From positions 1 through 60,720 of the forward strand of contig JADFIT010000004.1 of assembly GCA_022566515.1 (NCBI GenBank): a DNA stretch of 60,720 nucleotides, given 5' to 3'. Under the pieces are notes generated by a model. The model was not told the origin of the DNA and ran no database searches. It was given only the letters and a program-made list of their open reading frames with translations. The translations under genes and the position numbers were made by a program. Below are positions 11,901-18,003 of this stretch, piece by piece (the first letter of the stretch is position 1; each line of letters begins with the position of its first letter). Source of the DNA: Gemmatimonadota bacterium (GTDB lineage: Bacteria > Gemmatimonadota > Gemmatimonadetes > Gemmatimonadales > GWC2-71-9).

Positions 11901-12084
11901 CGTATCTGAGAGCAGCCGGCGCCAGTTGGATTTCCGGCTGGACACCGCCTTTCCACCCAGCATGCGAGGCGGCGCAAGCTTCACCTACGTGCTGACCGAA
12001 GAACGGCACACGTCGAGCAAATTCTCACAAATAGTTTTCACGGTATTCTTGAACATAAACTTTTTGGCGAGTCAGGTGCGATGA
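5914..12084 (+). CDS. sprA: SprA/Sov-like very large outer-membrane protein (T9SS translocon family homologue)
   Basis: About 2,060 aa with a signal peptide ending AGA|Q. SprA-like segments: NVDFDSQREF..NRINVWYQGLEDDILRRVEVGN, GRDYEISY..G.VTF, SEDLNGDN, WKLYRIP, INERSLRL, ELWVDDIRLS. Ends in beta-strands. Start uncertain (5887 or 5914). Confidence 0.8.
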   Translation: MAYTPSTAKVSWPVVVLGLSLFLPAGAGAQIGGTGVRFYLVTDTLQVRPPPALRLGGLWDRRSTPRLVAQLWAEETRRLISRNRALRFKLRLLSTLAPLPEDTTGGGGQRPVPPVDPSDVVPPPTSLEALARYADLSIELNARLESRVDRLRNLNCTALDASNPASGCQGGFPTPLLDQEFSLRVGGVIGDRLHVNVDFDSQREFSANNRINVWYQGLEDDILRRVEVGNLDFRLPSSRFITSAIPANSFGIQAEAQLGPMEFRSILAQQKGSSVRVRVFTVGDEATQVIERESRDVEFEDSRFFFIVNPLFLPAYPNVDVLNIVPEALPVALRLVQVRVYRLRAQSGQVGINPSLRGIEAVARRDDSPQRVGPFFWDLLIEGRDYYLDPSGLWFGLQNRVGLDEFLAVSYVTAAGDTVGTFPSVTGPSDTLFLIHEPRRGPEVPTFLHEMRNFYRIGGGISRTTIDLSLVVNDSERPLDGVGTYLARLGLATSTDPSQLDEFNRVFPRERDPGGGSPLRDLFVVFPHLQPLADSSRLLEGERNDSIYRTPTFLRNTEGPAPRFRFIWDYQAAGSGDRSRLNLGALQIRIGSEQIRIGNRDLVRGRDYEISYDLGAVTFLNPDSLFTGPTRVQVRFEQNQLFDVAPSSVFGFQGTYNLGSLGRIDATTLFQQERTIFTRPTLGFEPQAMFLGGLSTELRFRADGLTRALDALPLLSTNVPSTLEISGEVAVSRPNPNLTRQAYLEEFETQSSTVISLGEQKFQLGSRPASGRGVPATHLSTLGEFDTNDAVTFVWQNAIEKSDGEVFEVGPQEIDSSIVLTGASRPKETLLWLTLKPDTVGGGPDPLTGRARWIRPSTPGPRWRSITQPLDRSGLGVDLSRIEFLEFWALEETGLGRAQEVNLVFDFGTVLEDAVAFGPDSFRVVGNDTIFSGFQQIGAAVLDSEKDPFTNLFNASVNDVGIHGDLLPSIHNINTGQVLTDFPMCERVFTGVTIPAFPRGDLSARCTRNNGFVDSEDLNGDNRLDRSIGVTQEDVTRYVVQLGDPRFVVRDGSVLQPSQVDGIARQWKLYRIPFRRDTVQIGSPDLRRIRTLRITMVAPARPGDEREVAVALARLTLVGAPWLKRAATPILGLGGLQGESHGEVIASVVSTADEDLGYTSPPGVIDVSERRGAAFEFGSQQINERSLRLIARDLRVGERAEAFLRFAGAADKNFLQYRRLRVWARGRGSGWEAGDLNFFIKVGSDEDNFYLYTTPARTVDWEPEVVVDLDRWLTLREEVENAWLAGENPSGSVDCGGGDPEAFVRCDGPYLIQVKDPGVLPPNLARVSEIAVGILRVGQSIFIPQAELWVDDIRLSDVVADVGVAGAVEARLTAADFAEIDFSFVSTDDRFRTIDQAPDYRADARTRFGSTVRIDKLLPESWGMSIPFSVRYQRLATEPFFVRNSDVRAQSLTNLRTPGNSVTSYQVALRRTRRGNSFAERLLLDPLSLAATRLNARNASELSTAVTKNRQVRAEYDNRPAPETVSAVPGFLVRLVERLPRWVRDSEFGKGLRTSRVRWNPYQIRVRSELTNNLTERRTFRIPVTLPDDQSRAPLRSVVHTWRNTIGADLRPFSSLGLRVDYVTTRDLQDYGDSTQIGRLVSDHRGTFAGRDVGFERDRTLSTRLTTTPVINSWLRPRFSFSSNYVFHRDPNGRVAVQVVSDSGTTFRIPEALSNSRDRVMGATLDLRRLVEVVAGASSTVARVFRGIVPADVSFRTTRGSTFDRIPFEPTLRYQLALGGADEFREQEGVLATSAVESKQWTLAGGSRLPLGFDLRFDFRRTKANTWARRGDQQTLIEQNFRQWPSGTVSWVFTPPRGMRSLLSSVTARARYRRTVASSFQPGALGLLGQGTEDGGSSATGVFTETVSTNFAPTVTLTWAAGVVSRVEYTRFQSDMLTSGSRTVNDVQRLGASLNFSVKAPSWLVRLPSEIRTSVTASATDDSVCLQRSGSAECASVSESSRRQLDFRLDTAFPPSMRGGASFTYVLTEERHTSSKFSQIVFTVFLNINFLASQVR

Positions 12085-12977
12085 TGAAGAATCTCTCTGC
12101 TACGATGACGGTTGGGTTGCTCCTGGCGTGTAGCAGCGGTGGTGAGGCCGCGCTGCAGTTCGATGGCGCCGTGGCGCTGTCGTACGTCGAGGCACAAATG
12201 AACTTCGGGAACCGGATTCCAAATACGGAAGCGCATAGACGCACCGGCGACTGGATACTCGCCCATCTGCAGTCGCGAGCCGATTCCACCGAGGTGCAAC
12301 AATTTACTCACGTGACGGCCGCCGGAGACACCCTCCACCTCAGAAACTTCATCGCCCGCTTTCGCCCGGACCTTGCTGAACGGATTCTGTTCCTGGCCCA
12401 CTGGGACACCCGGCCCGTCGCCGATAAGGACACCAATCTGGGCCGGCGAAGGCTGCCTACACCGGGCGCCAACGACGGCGGGTCTGGTGTCGCCATCTTG
12501 CTGGGAATAGCGGACGAGCTCGAGAAAGAGCCGCCGGCCTTCGGCGTCGATCTGTTGTTCGTAGACGGTGAAGATTACGGTGACTGGACGGCGAGAACCG
12601 ATGTGTTGCTGGGGTCGAAGTATTTCTCGGCCAATCTCCCCGAGGGCTATCAACCCCTCTATGCCGTGCTGTTCGACATGGTCGGTGACGCCGATTTACA
12701 GATTCCCAAGGAAGGCTATTCCGTTGACGGAGCGCCCGAAGTGGTCGATCGCATGTGGCAGAAGGCGCGAGACATTGGCTGGGGCAGCATCTTCCGCCAG
12801 GATGTCGGAAGCTGGGTGACGGACGATCACATCCCGCTCCAAGAGGCCGGAATCCGCGCGATCGACGTCATCGATTTCACCTACCCCCATCATCACACCA
12901 CCGACGACACCCTCGACAAGATCAGCGCTCGCAGCCTCGCGATAGTGGGCAGCGTTGCCCTCGCCCTCGTCCGCTGA
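12081..12977 (+). CDS. M28 family zinc enzyme, lipoprotein; glutaminyl-cyclase-like
   Basis: Lipobox LLAC; AHWDTRP, GANDGGSG, DGEDYG, DMVGD, TDDH, HHT. Overlaps the sprA stop (ATGA). Confidence 0.85.
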   Translation: MMKNLSATMTVGLLLACSSGGEAALQFDGAVALSYVEAQMNFGNRIPNTEAHRRTGDWILAHLQSRADSTEVQQFTHVTAAGDTLHLRNFIARFRPDLAERILFLAHWDTRPVADKDTNLGRRRLPTPGANDGGSGVAILLGIADELEKEPPAFGVDLLFVDGEDYGDWTARTDVLLGSKYFSANLPEGYQPLYAVLFDMVGDADLQIPKEGYSVDGAPEVVDRMWQKARDIGWGSIFRQDVGSWVTDDHIPLQEAGIRAIDVIDFTYPHHHTTDDTLDKISARSLAIVGSVALALVR

Positions 12978-13052
12978 GCGGTCGCAATAGAGCGATACAG
13001 CTCTTCAACGTTTTGATCATCCGAAGCGGGTTCTCTAGGCGACCTTGAACGC

Positions 13053-13673
13053 ATGGCCACCAGGGATGACACAAGGGCAGCCTTCCTGCTCCTCGCGCTG
13101 GCCCTAGCCGGTGCGTTTCTCCGATTCCTCGGACTGGGGGGGGAGAGTCCCGGAGAAATCGGGTACCGCGGCGGTGTAGGCGGACGCCCGGTCCTGGACT
13201 CGGTCGCGGCAGCCGCGGTGCGGCTTGCCCAGCCGCTGCGTCCCGGCGAGCGAGTAGATCTCGACCGGGCGAATGCCGTGGAGCTGTCCCGGCTCCCGCG
13301 TATCGGACCCGGCCTGTCGGCGCGGATCGTAGCGGATCGGGAGGTCCGGGGGCCGTTCGGATCGCTGGAGGAGGTCGCCCGCGTACCTGGAGTGGGTCCA
13401 TCCGTGGTGGAGGCGATCCGGCCCTTCAGCACGTTCTCCGGAGTTGTCAGATATGCAGATTCGCCAAGAAAAACGGTGCCAAAGGTGAGCTTGAACACAG
13501 CGACGGCTGCGGATCTGGAGCAACTTCCCGGGATCGGTCCGGTGAAGGCTTTGGCGATCGTGGAAGATCGGCGCCGCAACGGCCGCTACCGTACCATCGA
13601 GGATTTGAGTCGCGTGCGAGGCATTGGTCCGGCCACGATCGAGCGGCTGCGCAGCCTTGTCACCGTACGCTGA
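13053..13673 (+). CDS. comEA: ComEA family DNA-binding protein, N-terminal TM and two helix-hairpin-helix modules
   Basis: DLDRAN..ELSRLPRIGP..VPGVGP and LNTATAADLEQLPGIGP..VRGIGP. Confidence 0.88.
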   Translation: MATRDDTRAAFLLLALALAGAFLRFLGLGGESPGEIGYRGGVGGRPVLDSVAAAAVRLAQPLRPGERVDLDRANAVELSRLPRIGPGLSARIVADREVRGPFGSLEEVARVPGVGPSVVEAIRPFSTFSGVVRYADSPRKTVPKVSLNTATAADLEQLPGIGPVKALAIVEDRRRNGRYRTIEDLSRVRGIGPATIERLRSLVTVR

Positions 13674-13678
13674 TCAGC

Positions 13679-13706
13679 TTGACAGCGTAGGTGGGTCACG
13701 TACTTT
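13679..13706 (+). promoter_or_regulatory. Putative sigma70 promoter for pilB-pilT-pilC
   Basis: TTGACA (13679-84), 16 nt spacer, TACTTT (13701-06). Confidence 0.5.
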
Positions 13707-13770
13707 ACTACGTTGTTACATAAGGATTTAAGGTGCTTCCTACTCCTCATTTTCCTGCCTCCGAACCAAC

Positions 13771-15474
13771 ATGGTGACATCCGCTGTCAGCGGTTTGCGG
13801 ATAGGGGACTTGCTGGTCGGTGAAGGCCTGATCTCGCAGGAGCAGCTCGAGCAGGCGCTGATCGAGCAACGCAGTTCGGGTGCCCGGTTGGGTTACGTCT
13901 TGGTGAAGCTGGGCTTTGTTCTGGAGATCGAGATCACCAAGATGCTGGCCCGCCAGTATCACGTGCCGGCAGTCGACCTGTCGCGGTTTGAAGTAGACGA
14001 AAAGATCATCAAGCTTGTTCCATCCGATGTGGCTCTGAAGCATACGGTCTTGCCGCTGAAGCGGGACGGCCGCAGCCTGACCGTCGCCATGGCGGAGCCG
14101 GGCAACATGCAGATCGTCGACGATCTCAAGTTCATCACCCGGTGCGACATCGTACCGGTGATAGCGGGTGAGTACACACTGCGGACCGCGATAGAGAAAT
14201 ACTACGAGCAGACCGACGCGCAGCTGGCGAGTCTTCTCGAGGGTATGGAAGACGAGGATCTCGAGATCGTGGAGGAGGAGGAAGAGGAAGAAGCAGACTA
14301 CGCGATTGCGGATGATGCGCCGGTGGTGAAGCTCATCAACGGTCTTCTTACCGACGCTGTGCGGCGTGGGGCGAGTGACATCCACATCGAGCCGTTCGAG
14401 ACGGAGTTGCGTGTGCGATACCGTATCGACGGGGCGCTCCTGGAGGTGATGAAGCCGCCGCTCAAGTTGAAGGCGGCTCTCACCAGCCGTGTCAAGATCA
14501 TGTCCAACCTCAACATCGCCGAGCGCCGGGTGCCGCAGGACGGCCGGATCAAGATCAAAGTGGGTAAGCGAGTGATCGATTTCCGGGTCTCGACGTTGCC
14601 GGTGATCTTTGGTGAGAAGATCGTGATGCGGATTTTGGACAAGGGCAACCTGACGTTGGACCTGAAGACGTTCGGGTTCGAGCCCAAGGCCGAGAAGGAT
14701 CTCATGACCGCCATCTCGAATCCGTACGGGATGGTGCTGGTTACGGGGCCCACTGGTTCGGGGAAAACCACGACTCTGTATTCCGCTCTGTCGCAGGTGA
14801 ACACCATTGATGTCAACATCATGACCGCAGAGGATCCGGTGGAGTACAACATCCACGGGATCAATCAGGTCTTGGTGCGGAACGAGATTGGCATGACGTT
14901 TGCGGCGGCGCTGAGGGCGTTCCTGCGTCAGGATCCCAATATCATCATGGTTGGGGAGATCCGTGACCTCGAGACCGGTAGTATCGCGATCAAGGCGGCG
15001 TTGACTGGACACTTGGTGCTTTCCACGTTGCACACCAACGACGCGCCATCGACGATCACCCGGATGCTCGACATGGGCATCGAGCCGTTCAACGTCGCTA
15101 GTGCCGTGAACCTGATCGTGGCCCAGCGGCTGATTCGGCGCATCTGCAAGGATTGCAAGGCGGAGCATGAGTATACGTCCGATGAGTTGGCCGCTCTTGG
15201 GATGACGGATGGCGAGCTGGCGGAGATTACGTTCTACAAGGGCACGGGATGCTCGAGTTGCGGTGACACCGGGTATCGGGGCCGCGCCGGTCTGTACGAA
15301 GTCATGGCGCTCACGCCGGCTCTGCGGCGCATGATTTTGCAGGGCGGGTCTGCCGACGAGCTGAAGGAGAAGGCGATCGAGGAGGGCATGCTCACCCTCC
15401 GTATGGATGGTATAATGAAGCTTCGCAAAGGGATCACCACGCTCGAGGAAATCGTCAAAGAAACGGCGGGATAA
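13771..15474 (+). CDS. pilB: Type IVa pilus assembly ATPase PilB with N-terminal MshEN motif
   Basis: GPTGSGKTT, AEDPVE, LRQDPNIIMVGEIRD, TGHLVLSTLHTN, Zn-site CxxC pairs. Confidence 0.96.
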   Translation: MVTSAVSGLRIGDLLVGEGLISQEQLEQALIEQRSSGARLGYVLVKLGFVLEIEITKMLARQYHVPAVDLSRFEVDEKIIKLVPSDVALKHTVLPLKRDGRSLTVAMAEPGNMQIVDDLKFITRCDIVPVIAGEYTLRTAIEKYYEQTDAQLASLLEGMEDEDLEIVEEEEEEEADYAIADDAPVVKLINGLLTDAVRRGASDIHIEPFETELRVRYRIDGALLEVMKPPLKLKAALTSRVKIMSNLNIAERRVPQDGRIKIKVGKRVIDFRVSTLPVIFGEKIVMRILDKGNLTLDLKTFGFEPKAEKDLMTAISNPYGMVLVTGPTGSGKTTTLYSALSQVNTIDVNIMTAEDPVEYNIHGINQVLVRNEIGMTFAAALRAFLRQDPNIIMVGEIRDLETGSIAIKAALTGHLVLSTLHTNDAPSTITRMLDMGIEPFNVASAVNLIVAQRLIRRICKDCKAEHEYTSDELAALGMTDGELAEITFYKGTGCSSCGDTGYRGRAGLYEVMALTPALRRMILQGGSADELKEKAIEEGMLTLRMDGIMKLRKGITTLEEIVKETAG

Positions 15475-15478
15475 CTGA

Positions 15479-16633
15479 ATGACTGAAGCAGCGGCGCCGG
15501 CGCAACAAGAAAAGAGGCTCAACCTCCGCGTCTTGCTAGAGGAGATGATCCAGCGTGGTGCGTCGGATCTGCACATTACGGCGGGCGAAAACCCCAAACT
15601 TCGGGTGGACGGTGACATCGTCAGCTCGAATGAATGGGTGAAGCCGCTCACGGCGAAGGAGACGCTTCAGGTAGCGTATTCGGTGCTGACCGAAGACCAG
15701 AAGAAGCGGTTCGAGAACGATGACGAGCTGGATTTTTCATTCGGCATTCAGGATCTGTCCCGGTTTCGAGGCAATTGCTTCAAGCAACGTGGCTGCACCG
15801 CCATCGTGATTCGGCAGATTCCCATTCAGATCAGGACATTCGAGGATCTGGGACTATCGCCGGTGCTGGCCGAGCTGTCGAAGAGACCTCGGGGGCTGGT
15901 GCTGGTCACCGGGCCTACTGGTTCGGGTAAATCGACGACTCTCGCCGCCATGATCGACCGCATCAACCGTGAGCGGCGCGGCCACATCATTACGGTAGAA
16001 GATCCGATAGAGTTCGTGCACCGGCACCAAAAGTGCATCATCAACCAACGTGAGATTGGGACGGATACGAAATCATTCGCCACCGCATTGAAGTACGCGC
16101 TTCGCCAGGATCCGGACGTCGTTCTGATCGGTGAGATGCGCGATCAGGAAACGATCCAGGCTGCTCTGACCATTGCGGAGACCGGACACTTGGCTTTCGC
16201 CACCCTACACACCAACTCGGCGGCGGAATCGATCAATCGAATCATCGACGTTTTTCCTTCGCACCAGCAGTCGCAAGTTCGTGGACAACTAGCGTTCGTA
16301 TTGGAAGGCGTCGTTACACAAATACTGCTCCAGAAGGCATCGGGCAGAGGGCGCGTCATGGCTGCGGAGATCATGATCTGCACGCCGGCCATTCGAGCGC
16401 TCATTCGTGATGACAAAGTGCATCAAATTGTGTCGCAGATGCAGGCCGGGAGGAAATACGGCATGGTGACATTGACGGATGCGCTGTACACTCTGTACAT
16501 GCAACGCGAAATAACCATAGAGGAAGCGTTGCGCGTGGTGCCGGACCAGAATGAGTTCCTACGTGCAATCGGGGAGCCGATGCCAGGAAGCCCCTTGGCC
16601 GGCAAACAACGATCGGCCGCGGGCCGGCGCTAG
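15479..16633 (+). CDS. pilT: Type IV pilus retraction ATPase PilT
   Basis: GPTGSGKST, EDPIEF, LRQDPDV, AETGHL, AIRALIRD (AIRNLIRE-like). Confidence 0.96.
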   Translation: MTEAAAPAQQEKRLNLRVLLEEMIQRGASDLHITAGENPKLRVDGDIVSSNEWVKPLTAKETLQVAYSVLTEDQKKRFENDDELDFSFGIQDLSRFRGNCFKQRGCTAIVIRQIPIQIRTFEDLGLSPVLAELSKRPRGLVLVTGPTGSGKSTTLAAMIDRINRERRGHIITVEDPIEFVHRHQKCIINQREIGTDTKSFATALKYALRQDPDVVLIGEMRDQETIQAALTIAETGHLAFATLHTNSAAESINRIIDVFPSHQQSQVRGQLAFVLEGVVTQILLQKASGRGRVMAAEIMICTPAIRALIRDDKVHQIVSQMQAGRKYGMVTLTDALYTLYMQREITIEEALRVVPDQNEFLRAIGEPMPGSPLAGKQRSAAGRR

Positions 16634-16654
16634 AGAGGTTAGGAGAGCAATCTT

Positions 16655-17848
16655 ATGCCCCTATTCGAGTACACTGCTCAGACGGTAGGCGGTGAGGAGC
16701 AGACCGCGACCATCGACCTGCCTACCAAGGATGATGTCATGGCCCACCTTCGCCAAAAGCGACTGCGGGTGGTTCGGGTACGCGAGGCGAAGAAGGCGAA
16801 GCGCAAGACAAAGGTCCCGACTCGCGACGTTGTGATCTTTACTCGGCAATTTGCCACGATGATCAACGCCGGGCTGCCGCTGGTACAGGCCCTGGATATC
16901 TTGGCCCGGCAAACGGATAACAAGGCGCTCGCCGATGTGACCAAGCAGGTGGTGTACGACGTAGAGTCGGGTAACACGCTGGCCGACGCGTTGTCGAAGC
17001 ACAAGAACGCGTTCACCGACCTCTTCGTCAACATGGTAGCTGCCGGTGAAGCGGGTGGTATTCTCGACACGATTCTCCTGCGCCTCGCCGTGTTCCTCGA
17101 AAAGAACGACGCCATCATCCGCAAGGTAAAGGGCGCCATGGTCTACCCTGCCGTGATTTTCTCCGTGGCGGGGATAGCGATAGTCATCCTGTTGATATTC
17201 GTCATTCCGACTTTCCAGGTGATGTTTGCCCAGGTAAATATGGAGCTGCCGATTCCAACGAAAATCGTGATTGGGATGAGCGACTTCTTGCAGAAGTTTT
17301 GGTGGGCTCTCGGAGGTGGGGGCTTCGCCTTCGTGTGGCTCCTTAAGAAGTGGTACGCCACCGATGGCGGGCACCTCTTCCTCGACAGGATGATGCTGAA
17401 TGCGCCGGTGCTGGGCGACTTGCTTCGCAAATCGGCCGTGTCGCGGTTTACCCGAACCCTCGGCACGCTCATTTCGTCCGGGGTTTCCATTCTCGAAGGA
17501 CTGGAGATTACCGCGCGCACAGCCGGGAACCGGGTGATTCACGACGCCGTCATGCAATCACGTGGGTCGATTGCAGGAGGTGAAACGATCGCCGATCCGC
17601 TCACTAAGTCGGGCGTTTTCCCGCCGATGGTGACCTCCATGATCGCCGTCGGTGAGGCAACAGGCGGGCTGGACGAGATGTTGACCAAGATCGCGGACTT
17701 TTATGACGACGAAGTCGATGCCGCCGTCGGCACGCTCCTATCGCTCATGGAGCCGATCATGATCGTGGTGCTCGGCGTCGTGGTGGGTGGGATGATCGTC
17801 GCCATGTACCTACCGATCTTCAACATGATCGGGTCGGTAGAGGGGTAA
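16655..17848 (+). CDS. pilC: Type IV pilus platform protein PilC (T2SS F family)
   Basis: FTRQFATMINAGLP, AGEAGGILD, GAMVYP, GEATGGLDEML, AMYLPIF. Confidence 0.96.
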   Translation: MPLFEYTAQTVGGEEQTATIDLPTKDDVMAHLRQKRLRVVRVREAKKAKRKTKVPTRDVVIFTRQFATMINAGLPLVQALDILARQTDNKALADVTKQVVYDVESGNTLADALSKHKNAFTDLFVNMVAAGEAGGILDTILLRLAVFLEKNDAIIRKVKGAMVYPAVIFSVAGIAIVILLIFVIPTFQVMFAQVNMELPIPTKIVIGMSDFLQKFWWALGGGGFAFVWLLKKWYATDGGHLFLDRMMLNAPVLGDLLRKSAVSRFTRTLGTLISSGVSILEGLEITARTAGNRVIHDAVMQSRGSIAGGETIADPLTKSGVFPPMVTSMIAVGEATGGLDEMLTKIADFYDDEVDAAVGTLLSLMEPIMIVVLGVVVGGMIVAMYLPIFNMIGSVEG

Positions 17849-17855
17849 GCGCTAG

Positions 17856-17980
17856 ATAAGGAAATACTGCCACGGATTGATCTTTTGAGCACGGATTTAT
17901 TCGGGAAGGGCCCTGTTTGCAGGCTCTTTCACGGAACCATCCGTGTCCAAAGAAGATCATCCGTGGCAGTATTCCCTTAT
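17856..17980. repeat. Imperfect palindrome of about 125 bp (REP/MITE-like) between convergent pilC and lysAC
   Basis: Left arm ATAAGGAAATACTGCCACGGAT..GATCTT..CACGGAT matches the reverse complement of right arm ATCCGTG..AAGATC.ATCCGTGGCAGTATTCCCTTAT; an inner hairpin lies between them. Confidence 0.8.
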
Positions 17981-18003
17981 ATGTGGCAGTCGTTCCTTAC
18001 ATA

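Noticed and set aside
14272-14292. GAG/GAA run encoding poly-Glu in pilB
   Set aside because: Ordinary acidic linker with mixed codons; not a phase-variable repeat.
13747-15651. 634-aa minus-strand ORF (similar long antisense ORFs lie over pilC, aroC, gcvT and at 57257-59062)
   Set aside because: Shadow frames of well-supported plus-strand genes in GC-rich DNA, with no recognisable motifs.
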